Source: a virus
Reading direction: 5' to 3' (one strand)
Length of the DNA stretch: 64,000 bases
IMG/VR virus record: IMGVR_UViG_3300032073_000007
Location: 47,273 to 111,272 of that record
Shown here: piece after piece, positions 1-10,366 of the stretch
Numbering within the stretch: the first letter of the stretch is position 1
How the letters are laid out: the number at the start of each line of letters is the position of its first letter
Program-made: the position numbers and the translations under genes
Notes under the pieces: model-generated
The model's input: the letters and a program-made list of their open reading frames with translations, nothing else
Told to the model about the DNA's origin: nothing
The model's database searches: none

Positions 1-416
1 GTCTGCGTTGATGCAAATGCAACCTTTGCATCCTCAAGCTGTTTCTTTTGCTCTTCGCTAAGTTCTTTTGCTTCTCCAAAAAACTCGATTACCCTAGCAG
101 CATCAGTATTTTCCACAACTAATTCTCCAATAATATCCTCTGTTCTTTTTGAGGTCATCCCTCCAAGATCCCCCATCTTTTTTGCCAGCATAGCTTTTGT
201 TAAAAAACCAGCATTAATAAATTCGTTGTATTTCTGACCATAGAAAAACTCGGCATCTTCTACGTCTGCAACACTAGGTTTGGCCACAACAACCCTAGTT
301 TTAATAGAACTTTTAACTTTTTTAGTTGTTTCAACAGGCCCGTTTTTAGTCTTCCTTACATGAGGGACTTCTTTCTCAACCTCTCTTTTTACATCAAATG
401 AATATAGCTCTTTCAT
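1..416 (-). CDS. Partial ORF (runs off window start), possible tail assembly chaperone
   Basis: ATG at 416 opens MKELYSFDVKREVEKEVPHV...; open to the window edge; lies downstream of the tail tube genes. Function inferred from position only. Confidence 0.5.
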   Translation of the reverse strand, partial: MKELYSFDVKREVEKEVPHVRKTKNGPVETTKKVKSSIKTRVVVAKPSVADVEDAEFFYGQKYNEFINAGFLTKAMLAKKMGDLGGMTSKRTEDIIGELVVENTDAARVIEFFGEAKELSEEQKKQLEDAKVAFASTQ

Positions 417-447
417 TAGTAATATTATATGAAATATTAAGGCAAAA

Positions 448-1704
448 TCAAAATTTAAAAAATGAAAATGAGTCAATATCGAATATTTTTAGTTTAAATC
501 CCGTGTTAATACTCGCCGCGCTATCAGAAGCAGCTATTAGTGTGTTTATATCCGAAGCAAAGTGAACGTAAGATGGCCCACCAGTAGTAGTAAAGTAACT
601 AGTTAAAAGAACAGCCTCTCCTCCAATTATCAAAAATATTGGATTCCCAGAATCTCCAGTGGTAAGAAGTTCGGCTAAATTATCATAAGGATCTGGCACA
701 TTCGTGGGATTAGAATCAAAAGTAGTTGATTTAAATGAAAAGCTATTCACAGCAGTCAATACGTTTAAAGTTAATTTTTTTTCAAAATCAAAACCTGCTA
801 CTATAGGCTTGTAATATTCTTCAATTATATCTACGGTTGTTGTTTTTAAATAATCATTAATATTTGAAGGTAAAACCTTTGAAAAAGAAATATTATCTGG
901 AAGTTCTTCGTTTAAAACTCCCACAGAGATATCTTGACTAGCATGATCTGCTGTAGCAGAAATTGTTCGTGAAACCCAAGTTCCATCAGGATCAACAAAA
1001 TAAACAACATCAGAAGCTTGCAATTTAAAATGCTTCGCCATTATAATATGTCTTTTTGTAATTGCTGTTGCTCCTCTTTGTCTAAAATCTAATGGAACAC
1101 CATGCCCACGATTGTTCCAAACAACAACTGAGGTGAAATCAATATCTTTACCCCAAAAATCAGTTGAACGAGCAGCATTAAATCCTCCACCGTTTAATGT
1201 TCCATTCGGGTTTGTAAAAGATTCTAACATACTAGCATTAGCAGCTATACTCATTGTGTTGGTGATATTATCGTTAATTTGTGAGGTAGAATGTTTTGCT
1301 AAAGAGTTTTTTGGTCGGCCTGTTACAGAAAGTGACAGTTCTGAAGTGCCATTTTTATGAAAAGATAAAGAATTTATACTTTTATCAGTGGCTCCATTGG
1401 ATTTTCCTGTTATATCTAACCCATTCGCGATTAAAGTCTGATCTTTGTAATAAAAAAATGTGCTGTTCGCATAATCATAATGGACTTCTAAATCAAAAGG
1501 AACTCCACTTTGATAACCTGCAAAAAAGTTTCCGCTTTGATCAAACAAATAACCGTCTGCCCCAGAAAATGTTATTAAATTAGAAGAGTAAAATTTTCCA
1601 CTCTCAAATAAAGATAACTCAAAACCACTATCAGGACTATCTATAATCAAAGATATGTCATATATAGCATTTTGATAATTGGAGAAACTTTCATTTATAA
1701 TCAT
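448..1704 (-). CDS. Tail-module protein with C-terminal trypsin-like serine protease domain
   Basis: Triad-like motifs in order: GATAITKRHIIMAKHF (His), QDISVGVL (Asp), GDSGNP (Ser); beta-rich N-terminal half. Confidence 0.7.
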   Translation of the reverse strand: MIINESFSNYQNAIYDISLIIDSPDSGFELSLFESGKFYSSNLITFSGADGYLFDQSGNFFAGYQSGVPFDLEVHYDYANSTFFYYKDQTLIANGLDITGKSNGATDKSINSLSFHKNGTSELSLSVTGRPKNSLAKHSTSQINDNITNTMSIAANASMLESFTNPNGTLNGGGFNAARSTDFWGKDIDFTSVVVWNNRGHGVPLDFRQRGATAITKRHIIMAKHFKLQASDVVYFVDPDGTWVSRTISATADHASQDISVGVLNEELPDNISFSKVLPSNINDYLKTTTVDIIEEYYKPIVAGFDFEKKLTLNVLTAVNSFSFKSTTFDSNPTNVPDPYDNLAELLTTGDSGNPIFLIIGGEAVLLTSYFTTTGGPSYVHFASDINTLIAASDSAASINTGFKLKIFDIDSFSFFKF

Positions 1705-2594
1705 TGTATTATGGGGAAGTAGTAAGAAAAGGTGACGCTAGTATTATCATCCAAAGAAGTTGATTCATCCACTGTCTCTAGACAACATCCACTAATGGAA
1801 AAATCCATAACAGAAGTATCATCTTCTCCTTTTAAATCAATTTTAATTACACCACTTTGGCAAACTAAACTAGATAGATTAACCCCTGTAACTTCTGTCT
1901 TTAAAACAGTAAAGCTTAAATCACCTGCGGCTGGTAACTCAGGATATCTAAACCTTGGGGTTCTTGTCCCTAATCTTGTCTTAGGGATTCTTGGCGTATT
2001 TACGCTTAATGAAAAATCTTGTATATTCAAACTTGCCGTATCAATACCCTCGTCCCCATTTGTTATTGTTGTTATCTCAATATCCTCTGGCCTAAAAAAA
2101 CCTCCAAAACTATCATTTGTTTGGTCTTTTCTTTCTAAAGCTCCAACGGGACTAAAAATAGCAGCATCTCCCTCGTATGTTGCAGAACCTCTTACTAAAT
2201 CTCCTACAGAGCCATTCAAAGAATAATCAACAATAGAGCTATCTAATATATCGGTTTGACCAGCGAGATCTTTTATTGTAAAATCAATTTTACCTGTGTT
2301 TAGAAACCCGAAATGTATTGCTTGATTGCCTTTACTGTAAGGTTTATTTAGGAAGAAACTATAAAAAGGGTCTATACCAGTAGCTCCAGTTGTAAGCATT
2401 ATGTCCATGCTCAAAGTAGTAGTCTGATTAGAGCCTAGTATTCTCTCAGAAGCATTCAAGTCTCCTAGCCTCCTTATTTCAGATACCTGCTTATTTGTAG
2501 AAATACTTAATGAATTAATAGCTGGTAGCCGCCCATCAGGTATTGTATTTACAAATACTTGGACATCACTAGAATTAATTCTTTCTATAGACAT
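1701..2594 (-). CDS. Tail tube-like protein (paralogue of 2666-4012)
   Basis: Shares motifs with the upstream gene (EIRRLG/DIREFG, YSLNGSVGD/YTVNFAVGE, RPEDI/RPEDV, SLDDN/GLDDN). Confidence 0.6.
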   Translation of the reverse strand: MSIERINSSDVQVFVNTIPDGRLPAINSLSISTNKQVSEIRRLGDLNASERILGSNQTTTLSMDIMLTTGATGIDPFYSFFLNKPYSKGNQAIHFGFLNTGKIDFTIKDLAGQTDILDSSIVDYSLNGSVGDLVRGSATYEGDAAIFSPVGALERKDQTNDSFGGFFRPEDIEITTITNGDEGIDTASLNIQDFSLSVNTPRIPKTRLGTRTPRFRYPELPAAGDLSFTVLKTEVTGVNLSSLVCQSGVIKIDLKGEDDTSVMDFSISGCCLETVDESTSLDDNTSVTFSYYFPIIQ

Positions 2595-2610
2595 ATACTT
2601 AGTTTACACA

Positions 2611-2640
2611 AAAAAGCCCCGCATTTCTGCGAGGCTTTTT
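2611..2640 (-). terminator. Intrinsic terminator after the major tail tube gene
   Basis: AAAAAGCCCCGCA-TTTC-TGCGAGGCTTTTT hairpin with T tracts. Confidence 0.75.
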
Positions 2641-2665
2641 GTGTTTAAGATTTTTGGACTTAATA

Positions 2666-4012
2666 CTAAGTTCCGTCAGCAGCAGAGTATGGTCCCTTAA
2701 CTTGGTTTTTCTTATAGAAGTATCCACGGGGGAAATTCCTACCTCCAAAGCTTGTTCCATAGTGATCAGGAAGATTCGTCTCACCTCCATTGGTGCAAGC
2801 CCCTGAATAAAAGAAGCCTTGATCAATTTGGTTATCTCCACCAATTTGAGTAGAGAATGTTAAATCAATAGTCTCATTATCATCAAGTCCTTGAGAGAAT
2901 CCTTGTGAATCCATAACAGCTTTTTGCATGATATATCTATGCTTATCTGTTCCATCTTCTCCTTTAACATTCAACGTAATGTTAGTGGTTTCGTTCCCAG
3001 CAGCACCAGTCAAAATCTTATCAACTTGACCTGCACTGAAGTTCTTAAGAAGCGCACTAACAGACATTGTTACGTTAATTGGGAAGTCTAAAGGTTTGGC
3101 TACCGCTTTCGCAGAACCAAGAGCCTCAATTGGAGTTCTTGAAAGAGGCACTTCGATTGAAGCGCTCTGAACATGCATGTCAGTCAAATCCGTTCCACCA
3201 AATGTGAAATCACCATCACTAAATGTAAGAGTTACATCCTCTGGACGAAGGACTAAAACACTCATGTTACCAGTGCTAGGAACACCAAGCATAAGCTGAC
3301 CCGTATCCGCTCTTGCTCCTGCTTTATTTAAAGAAGGGTTATAGATTCCAGAGTTACCAGTATCAAATGTAATGTTTTCTGCCGTTCCATCAATATCGAC
3401 TCTTGGGATTTCTCCGACAGCAAAATTAACGGTGTAACTTTCGAAGTTGCAGTTTCCTAAAGATACAACATCCTGAGAATCTAATTCTGCGGTCGTATAG
3501 GTTCCAGTTGGATCTGTAAGGAAGGAGCCTTGGTTAATGCCTTCTTTTCCTTTTACATCACTTGCGCTTGTCCCAACAGTTGAAAAAGCGTCTGACCCCT
3601 CCTTAGTTGTTAAAACAAAAAGGTTCTTTTCTCTCTTGTCTGGATCTTCAGCAAGAATGCCAGATATAAACTGACTTTTTAATACGTTACCGTCGGTAAT
3701 TCCATTTGTTTGAAAGCCTAAATTATATTCATTTTCTCCGTCACCTAAGAAATAACCAAGGGAGAAAGAAGGGTTTAAATCACCAAGTGTGATTGTTCCG
3801 ATTCGTGCTAACTGACCAAATTCTCTAATATCTTGCCGTCCACCAGCAATATCAATATCAAAAGAGAAAGTGTCAACACGATGAAGTTGAGGTGGTTTTA
3901 CGCCAGAGTGAGACTGTATTGAAGCGCCTAAATCGCCAATTAAGCCAGTGTTTGAAACGTAAACCGCTTTACTTTGAGAGATTACTCTCGTTCTAGATTG
4001 ATTAGAAGCCAT
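2666..4012 (-). CDS. Major tail tube protein (putative)
   Basis: 448 aa, beta-rich G/S/T/D composition, follows the neck genes, has its own terminator. Confidence 0.65.
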   Translation of the reverse strand: MASNQSRTRVISQSKAVYVSNTGLIGDLGASIQSHSGVKPPQLHRVDTFSFDIDIAGGRQDIREFGQLARIGTITLGDLNPSFSLGYFLGDGENEYNLGFQTNGITDGNVLKSQFISGILAEDPDKREKNLFVLTTKEGSDAFSTVGTSASDVKGKEGINQGSFLTDPTGTYTTAELDSQDVVSLGNCNFESYTVNFAVGEIPRVDIDGTAENITFDTGNSGIYNPSLNKAGARADTGQLMLGVPSTGNMSVLVLRPEDVTLTFSDGDFTFGGTDLTDMHVQSASIEVPLSRTPIEALGSAKAVAKPLDFPINVTMSVSALLKNFSAGQVDKILTGAAGNETTNITLNVKGEDGTDKHRYIMQKAVMDSQGFSQGLDDNETIDLTFSTQIGGDNQIDQGFFYSGACTNGGETNLPDHYGTSFGGRNFPRGYFYKKNQVKGPYSAADGT

Positions 4013-4057
4013 GTTAATTTAAATTAAAGTGAATTGTTTACACTTTCTTACACGGAT

Positions 4058-4942
4058 TTATAATCTAGGGAAACGATAAGTGCATAATTCAAAGTCAATA
4101 TATCCTACAGAGATGTTTTTATTCAGATTCTCCCTAATTCTCTCTGAGACTATTTTAGACACAGAAACCTCTTGTATATGGGACTTTGTTGGATTTGATT
4201 GAGATGCTACCAAATTATCGTAACTATAAGGAAAATCTTTCAAAGAGAAAGAGAAACCATATGGGAAATCTTCATATGGAATATGCGTAATATCTCTTCT
4301 GACAGTATCTCTAAATAGAGAAAGAACAGAATCTAATGTGTAATTATCAAAAGATAACACCATTACTCGCATTCTTGTCCTAGTATCTTCCTCCCCTCCA
4401 AAAGAGAATTCAGTGTTATCTGAAGAGGCTACAGAAATAAAACAAGCAGGTAAGAAATATGTGGTTTCGTCATATTCTGCTGTTTTACCATATTGATACG
4501 GAAGCTCTGTAGCACTGTCTTTAAAATCTGAGTGAAGAATTATTTGGGCATCCGTATCATTTGTAATATAAGTATTAACTTCTTTTACAGTAGAATTTGC
4601 TGTCAGCGCCGTGCTTCCTATCTCAGCGCCAGATGCTTGAGGAAATATTAATCTTCCATTCTCATAATCTGTGAAAACACCTCCGTTCTTGTCGTAGTTG
4701 CCAGTAATAAAATCATTCCCTAAAAAGAACCCAGAATTTGGGTTATCTACATTATACTCCCCGACTAAAGATCTATACTTTCCTTGAAAAGCGATATGAG
4801 TATCAGGAACATCTGAGAAAGATCCAGAAGTAAAAGCATTATCTAAGTTGATTTGATATGCTTTAGCAGAACTACCTAACAAGCGGTTCTCAAACCATAG
4901 GTAGAAACTTGACAAAACATTCTGATCAAACTGCGCCTTCAT
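4058..4942 (-). CDS. Tail completion/terminator-like protein
   Basis: Position directly before the tail tube; LPACFISV...FSFGG motif. Confidence 0.45.
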   Translation of the reverse strand: MKAQFDQNVLSSFYLWFENRLLGSSAKAYQINLDNAFTSGSFSDVPDTHIAFQGKYRSLVGEYNVDNPNSGFFLGNDFITGNYDKNGGVFTDYENGRLIFPQASGAEIGSTALTANSTVKEVNTYITNDTDAQIILHSDFKDSATELPYQYGKTAEYDETTYFLPACFISVASSDNTEFSFGGEEDTRTRMRVMVLSFDNYTLDSVLSLFRDTVRRDITHIPYEDFPYGFSFSLKDFPYSYDNLVASQSNPTKSHIQEVSVSKIVSERIRENLNKNISVGYIDFELCTYRFPRL

Positions 4943-5580
4943 TTATCTAATCTTAATAATTTCTGTTTAAAATCTTTTGTTAATTTACCAACATATGGCA
5001 TTCTTTTAAAACTTACACCAGAAGACCTATTTTTGGCTTGTATACCTGTTCCAGAAGTAGAACTATCAAACCCTGTAGAACTAAATAAATATTGTCCCAA
5101 GTTAGTCAATCCCCCCTCTTCTATACTTCTAGCCCAGCTTTTGCCAGCCATCCAAGGTATTGGAGTTAATCCATATATTTCTTCAATGCTTGGAATAAAG
5201 AAGGTGATTTGATATTTTCCTGAATTATTTTTCCTTCTTACCTTAAATTTTATTTTTTCACTAAATATTTTAGATATAATCTGAGTTGGATTATCTCCTG
5301 AAGAAAAACCTATAAAGGAAAATAGGTTACCGTATCCCCCTAAAGTTCCACTGGTGTTAGATGCTCTAGGCCCAGCGTCAAGCTCTATTGTTATTGGATG
5401 AGCTTCAAATTCCTTAATTAACTCAGATTGTCTTTCTTGAATTTTGGGATCAATCAAGCCTCTGATGGCCATCGCCATGCTTTTATTATTAGGTGAATCT
5501 ACCGTTAGCTCTCTAAGTAATTCTTTTGCGTTGACGGTTACTACTGGGGTAGAGACCGACATAAAATCTCTTCCAGCCAT
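4939..5580 (-). CDS. Neck protein (putative)
   Basis: Position in head-tail module; translationally coupled overlaps. Confidence 0.4.
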   Translation of the reverse strand: MAGRDFMSVSTPVVTVNAKELLRELTVDSPNNKSMAMAIRGLIDPKIQERQSELIKEFEAHPITIELDAGPRASNTSGTLGGYGNLFSFIGFSSGDNPTQIISKIFSEKIKFKVRRKNNSGKYQITFFIPSIEEIYGLTPIPWMAGKSWARSIEEGGLTNLGQYLFSSTGFDSSTSGTGIQAKNRSSGVSFKRMPYVGKLTKDFKQKLLRLDK

Positions 5581-6026
5581 TAGTTTTCACGTTTTAAAAA
5601 TATTGAATAAAATTGAGTATCAAATGGGCCAATAACCTTTGCGTCTCCATCTACAACATATAGTTCATTATCAACCTCTATCTTTGAACAAATTTTAATT
5701 TTTTCATAAGCTGCTGCTTTTACTTTGATTCTAATTTGTCCCTCAGATCCAACTAGATTCATTTGCCCATTACCATCAATGATATCTTCTTTTTGCTCGT
5801 TTTTATAATATACTCTAGCACTGTAAGTATATCTTTCGAGAGTTTCTTCTGAAGATATTTTCGCTACATCTTTCCTCCTACCATATAGAGGATTATAATT
5901 TAATTCTACAGGAACACTTGAGACTTCTTTTACATAAACATGAATATCTCTAGCAAAAGTATCGTGAACGTCACTTAATGCTGAATTAATAGCTGTTTTT
6001 TCTGCGTCTGTAAGAAGTGAGGCCAT
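5580..6026 (-). CDS. Head-tail joining/stopper protein (putative)
   Basis: NPLYG motif, beta-rich C-terminus (KIEVDNELYVV), position. Confidence 0.5.
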   Translation of the reverse strand: MASLLTDAEKTAINSALSDVHDTFARDIHVYVKEVSSVPVELNYNPLYGRRKDVAKISSEETLERYTYSARVYYKNEQKEDIIDGNGQMNLVGSEGQIRIKVKAAAYEKIKICSKIEVDNELYVVDGDAKVIGPFDTQFYSIFLKREN

Positions 6027-6030
6027 AGTG

Positions 6031-6519
6031 TCATGTTAATGTCCCAGATAGGGTGTAAGTGCCATCGGTTCCTGCGACTTGAATAGGTGAAGATTTTTGG
6101 TAATTGTATTGATATAAAAGATCATTTAATCTTTCGCTCGTCTCAACAGACAAATCTCTATATGTTTTAGCAACAGAGTTTTTATTTTGTCTTTGTATAG
6201 TTGTATCACCCTCTTTTATAGTAACCCAATCAACAGAATCAGAATAAGTAAATGATCTTAGAGATTCTCTAGCAGATTTTTGATAATACCAAAGTTCATA
6301 AAGAGTCCCAAAGATACTCTTCTCCACATCTGCTAAACCTGTGCCATTCATTCTGATAGCACCAGTTGAGTTCACTTCGAACTCTTCATGGATGAGACCA
6401 TTAAGCTCTCCAATGTTAGTTTCTAGCCACCCAGAAACAAAACCAACATTATATGACCCTGTATCATTAGGGAAATCATATGTTACGATGTCAGTAGCTA
6501 AAACTCCAAGATCATTCAT
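6031..6519 (-). CDS. Head-tail adaptor (putative)
   Basis: Helical protein with TIKEGDTTI hairpin motif, downstream of the capsid gene. Confidence 0.5.
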   Translation of the reverse strand: MNDLGVLATDIVTYDFPNDTGSYNVGFVSGWLETNIGELNGLIHEEFEVNSTGAIRMNGTGLADVEKSIFGTLYELWYYQKSARESLRSFTYSDSVDWVTIKEGDTTIQRQNKNSVAKTYRDLSVETSERLNDLLYQYNYQKSSPIQVAGTDGTYTLSGTLT

Positions 6520-6522
6520 TAT

Positions 6523-6960
6523 TTAAAAGCCGTCCTTAAATAACCTTACAGTAGAATCATAGTCTGGGGAACTTGGATCTAAAATTGGTTTAGCAGAACC
6601 TTGAACAGTAACGTTATGTTTTTGCACATAAAAATCAAACGACTTCATCAAAGACTTCCTAAGTAGATTCATATTCCTTTCTCTAGGAACCCCTACCCTA
6701 GCAGCTAAATCAGTTAATTCTGAAGCCGAGGATGCCTCTACGCGCTGTTTGAATATGTCTCGGTGCAAAGTTCCATATGGATTCATTTGAGGCATTCCTA
6801 GGAGTTCCTCAAGCTCTTTGACTTTTTCGATTTGCTCTTCTTTTTTACTTCGATCTTTGCCATCTGTTACATCGAATTCCTCCAAGTGTTTTTTCTCAAT
6901 TCCTTTAGAAACTGGCATAGCCTCAAGACTCTTGTTTTTAGCACTCTTCTTTTTACTCAT
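6523..6960 (-). CDS. Hypothetical protein
   Basis: 145-aa ORF in the head-tail module. Confidence 0.6.
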   Translation of the reverse strand: MSKKKSAKNKSLEAMPVSKGIEKKHLEEFDVTDGKDRSKKEEQIEKVKELEELLGMPQMNPYGTLHRDIFKQRVEASSASELTDLAARVGVPRERNMNLLRKSLMKSFDFYVQKHNVTVQGSAKPILDPSSPDYDSTVRLFKDGF

Positions 6961-6994
6961 AATATATAATACCTAAATTTTGATATAAATCAAT

Positions 6995-7029
6995 AAAAAA
7001 GAGCCGCCCCTTTCGAGGCGACTCTCTTT
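6995..7029 (-). terminator. Intrinsic terminator after the major capsid gene
   Basis: GAGCCGCC-CCTTTCGA-GGCGACTC hairpin with A6 (U tract on minus strand). Confidence 0.75.
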
Positions 7030-7048
7030 ATAAGTGTTATGGTCTTGC

Positions 7049-8188
7049 TTATACGCAAAGTCCGATAAGAGCAGTATTGTCGATGCAAATACGACCCTCT
7101 TCAACTTTACCGTAGTAACCAATCTTGTTCTGACGAACAGAGAACTGGTCATCAACAAGAACTTGAAGCTCAGATGGAGATCCTTCACCAACAACAACAG
7201 GGCGAATAAGGGAATCCTTACTCCTGTCGATACCGATAACAATCTCGTCATCACCTGTTACCCAAGTTCCAGAACCACCACCACCGATAACAGTAGCACC
7301 TTCAGATGCAACGATAGCACCAAAGAGCTTGTTAAACAGTTGGCCGTTACCCATCTGGTTGATTTCCATGATGTTAATACCATAGAAGGAAGGAAGACCA
7401 GCAGCGCTGTAAAGCTCTTGACGAAGGGCTTCTGGAGCCATTTGTCCGTCAGCGGGAGTTCCACCAACAGGAGCAGCAGCAGTGCTTACAGGGTTGTAAG
7501 CCATTGCGCGGAGTTCCTCAACCATTTCTGGAGAAACCAGAAGGTCGGTGATACCAGACTTAACGCCACCAACAGGAGTTCCTCCACTGAAGGAACTGTT
7601 GATACGCTTACTCTTGGTGATCAAGTTATTGAAGTCAGCAAGAACAAAACGATCTGCTGCTGCGGAACCAATGATGCTTCCACCAGCGGAACCACTTGTT
7701 CCAGTAGCTTTAACCAGAGCGGTTGCAAGCACGTTGAAAGCAGTTTTCGTTTGTTTCATTAAAACTTCTTGAGCCATCCGAGTGAAGGTCTTGCTAACAA
7801 CATCAAGACGCGCCTTACGGACATACTTGCGATCAAATGCAAGCGCACTGTCCAAGGTGTAAGTCGAGAACTTGAGTTCGTTGTGAGCAGGGAATACCTG
7901 ACTATAAGGAAGGCCACCAGCGACCTGTTGAGAATACACCTCGATGTAATCCTCACCAGTGATATCGTGGAAAAGGTCTAAGGGCAAAGAAGGATTGTCA
8001 TCTTCTCCATAGGAAAGGCTGGTATACAGATTTCCAATGGTAGGAGCGTTATTAATAACTTCCGAAACGACTGGTCCAAGCAAGTCTGCGACTGCTGCCT
8101 GTGCCTCATAAGCCTCTTCACGATTATTAGATCCCATTGCTCGGATAAGAGCTAACTGATCTTCAGTTCTTTTAATTGTGATTTTCAT
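7049..8188 (-). CDS. Major capsid protein
   Basis: 379 aa, follows scaffold and decoration genes, strong codon bias, HK97-like C-terminal pattern (LLVSPE; FYGINIME; IGYYGKVEEG), followed by a terminator. Confidence 0.8.
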   Translation of the reverse strand: MKITIKRTEDQLALIRAMGSNNREEAYEAQAAVADLLGPVVSEVINNAPTIGNLYTSLSYGEDDNPSLPLDLFHDITGEDYIEVYSQQVAGGLPYSQVFPAHNELKFSTYTLDSALAFDRKYVRKARLDVVSKTFTRMAQEVLMKQTKTAFNVLATALVKATGTSGSAGGSIIGSAAADRFVLADFNNLITKSKRINSSFSGGTPVGGVKSGITDLLVSPEMVEELRAMAYNPVSTAAAPVGGTPADGQMAPEALRQELYSAAGLPSFYGINIMEINQMGNGQLFNKLFGAIVASEGATVIGGGGSGTWVTGDDEIVIGIDRSKDSLIRPVVVGEGSPSELQVLVDDQFSVRQNKIGYYGKVEEGRICIDNTALIGLCV

Positions 8189-8200
8189 GATCGTAAAATA

Positions 8201-8830
8201 TTAGCAGCTAAGTTTAAGAATTGCGTATGCACCAGCGAAAGCATCGGTAGTGCTACCTTGAGATTCCCTATTACCAGTAGCGATAAAGGTTCCGATAGAG
8301 TGAACGTGATGCTGACCGTGGGTAGCAGCAGTGCTGGTCACTCCAGTGATGGTTCCATTTAAAGAAGGAACAGCATATTGGTTGACTGTAGGTGAAACAC
8401 CGTTAGTCAAACCCCTTGTGTTAATAGTGAAGATCCCTTTCGTAGCGATAGGAACAGCTTCACCAGAAACAACACACTGAAGTTCTTCTTTTTTCTGTGG
8501 ATAATAAAGTAAATTCTCTCCATTTTCATCCTTATTACGAACATCTCGTAAAAGAATTCCCAAAGCCTTTTCGTTGCCTCCAGTTGATTCCATTTTAGTT
8601 ACCTTATAAGGAACCTCTGGATAGAGCGAAAGACCCTTGCCTAAAGTATTGAGGAACGAGTCAGAATCGCCTCGCTCAACATACTGGACAGGCTCATTAT
8701 CTAAGTTAGCAGCGCTAACTTTGACAACGGAACCTGCTTCACCTGTTTCGGCATCGAGAGAATAGAAGTTAATAACATCATTCTCGTCATATTGACGAAA
8801 CGGCAATAAACGTGTAATTTCGTTAGCCAT
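8201..8830 (-). CDS. Capsid decoration/cement protein (putative)
   Basis: Between scaffold and capsid genes; ALGILL, GEAVPIATKG motifs. Confidence 0.6.
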   Translation of the reverse strand: MANEITRLLPFRQYDENDVINFYSLDAETGEAGSVVKVSAANLDNEPVQYVERGDSDSFLNTLGKGLSLYPEVPYKVTKMESTGGNEKALGILLRDVRNKDENGENLLYYPQKKEELQCVVSGEAVPIATKGIFTINTRGLTNGVSPTVNQYAVPSLNGTITGVTSTAATHGQHHVHSIGTFIATGNRESQGSTTDAFAGAYAILKLSC

Positions 8831-8855
8831 AATTGATTAGTTTGTTTTGTTTTTT

Positions 8856-10358
8856 TTAGTTAGAAACTTCTACTGAGAAGTTCTTCTTCAGCCTCTCGAC
8901 GAAAGAAATTTGTTCGCTAGCTTCTGCGTTATTATTAGGGATGGAAGCCTCGGCCTCATCTCCTTCAACTTCAAGCGCCTCTTCAGGCTCTTCTTCAGTT
9001 GCTTCCACTTCCTCTTCAATGTCATCTCCCTCTTCACGGCTAGCTACAGCTTCGTCAATGCGAGCTTTAATTTCAGCTTCCTGAGTTTCGATGTTCTTTT
9101 TGAGTTTGTGGGCAAAAATAACTTCAAGCTTATCTTTGTAATTGTTAAAGTCTTCATCGGAAGAACCAAGCTCCTTGACTTCTGCGGTAACTAAGGCAAG
9201 CTCTTTTTCATTAAGCTCGTAGTCGCTGTCAATAAAGTTCATACGGTCATTAAAAAGATCCACAGCGGCTTTGGCCTCTACTTCGTTTTTAAGAGTATTG
9301 AGTTCTTCTTTAGTATGCTTGAAAGAGTCTTGTAACTCTGCAAGCTCCGCTTCGGCTTTAGCCTTGGCTTCCTTTTCAACTTCCATCTTGGATGTCCAAG
9401 ACTCGTTGTGTTCTACGAGAGTATCACGGATAGTCTCGCTAACAGTTTTAGCCTCTGAGCCTTCCTTCACTGCGGAAGCAACGCTCTTGGACAACTGAGT
9501 AATAAGTTGGTCGAATTGTTCTTTATCCATATTAAAAATGTTTTTTAATTTGTTTGACTTTACATTAATATTAGTGTTTCGGGAAATTTTTTCTAATTTT
9601 TTATCACTTGAGTCATCTTTAGTTGTATAAACTCCTGTGACAGCAGCGGCTGGGTTTTTAGTTAAAGCCGCTCCTAATGGATACGTTTGACCAACAATCA
9701 ATCTATTAACAGGCTCGCCTTCTGGATTTTCTCCTTTGCCACCTAAACCCTTGACATATTGTTTTAGGTCTTCTTTTTCTGCACCTGTCACAACAGTTGA
9801 ATCTTGTAAAAATTTAGATCCAACAGCTACTTCAAATTCTTTAAATGCTAATTCCCAGCTAGTAGAAATACTTTGATAGGTTTCGTTATCTTCATTTGAA
9901 GCTTCTTCAATTGCCTCTGCTAATTTTGGGTAAACTGACTTATAAATTAAACCAGCAGCATTCATGTAGAATGGCTCCTTTTTGTCGGCGTAAGATTCAA
10001 TATCGTTATTTTTAAAGTCAAACTCTCGTTCTGAGAAGGACGCATTAATCATGTGGCCGACGATTTTATCTTTTTTATGTTCGATATTAATCGGTTTATT
10101 GATAAATCTTTTTATAGCAGCTATGGCAGTCTTAGCGTCGATGCCATCGCCATTTTTGTTGAACTCATTAACTTTTGCTAAGTTAAAGACAACAGGTAAA
10201 ACATCAATATTTTGATCTGGGTCAAATCCCTCTGGCAGCAGTGATTCTGCGGCTTCTTGAATATTTGCCTGAGAGAGTCCGAATGCTTCGAACTCTTCAT
10301 CTTTTATCTCTCTTACCTTGCCTTCAAATAAACAAATATTAAAATCATCCAATGACAT
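8856..10358 (-). CDS. Prohead protease-scaffold fusion
   Basis: N-terminal FNKNGDG, KPINIEH, ISTSWE, GAALTKNPAA motifs; C-terminal acidic coiled coil. Confidence 0.7.
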   Translation of the reverse strand: MSLDDFNICLFEGKVREIKDEEFEAFGLSQANIQEAAESLLPEGFDPDQNIDVLPVVFNLAKVNEFNKNGDGIDAKTAIAAIKRFINKPINIEHKKDKIVGHMINASFSEREFDFKNNDIESYADKKEPFYMNAAGLIYKSVYPKLAEAIEEASNEDNETYQSISTSWELAFKEFEVAVGSKFLQDSTVVTGAEKEDLKQYVKGLGGKGENPEGEPVNRLIVGQTYPLGAALTKNPAAAVTGVYTTKDDSSDKKLEKISRNTNINVKSNKLKNIFNMDKEQFDQLITQLSKSVASAVKEGSEAKTVSETIRDTLVEHNESWTSKMEVEKEAKAKAEAELAELQDSFKHTKEELNTLKNEVEAKAAVDLFNDRMNFIDSDYELNEKELALVTAEVKELGSSDEDFNNYKDKLEVIFAHKLKKNIETQEAEIKARIDEAVASREEGDDIEEEVEATEEEPEEALEVEGDEAEASIPNNNAEASEQISFVERLKKNFSVEVSN

Positions 10359-10366
10359 ACTTCTTC

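Noticed and set aside
7034-7762. 242-aa plus-strand ORF
   Set aside because: Antisense shadow of the major capsid gene
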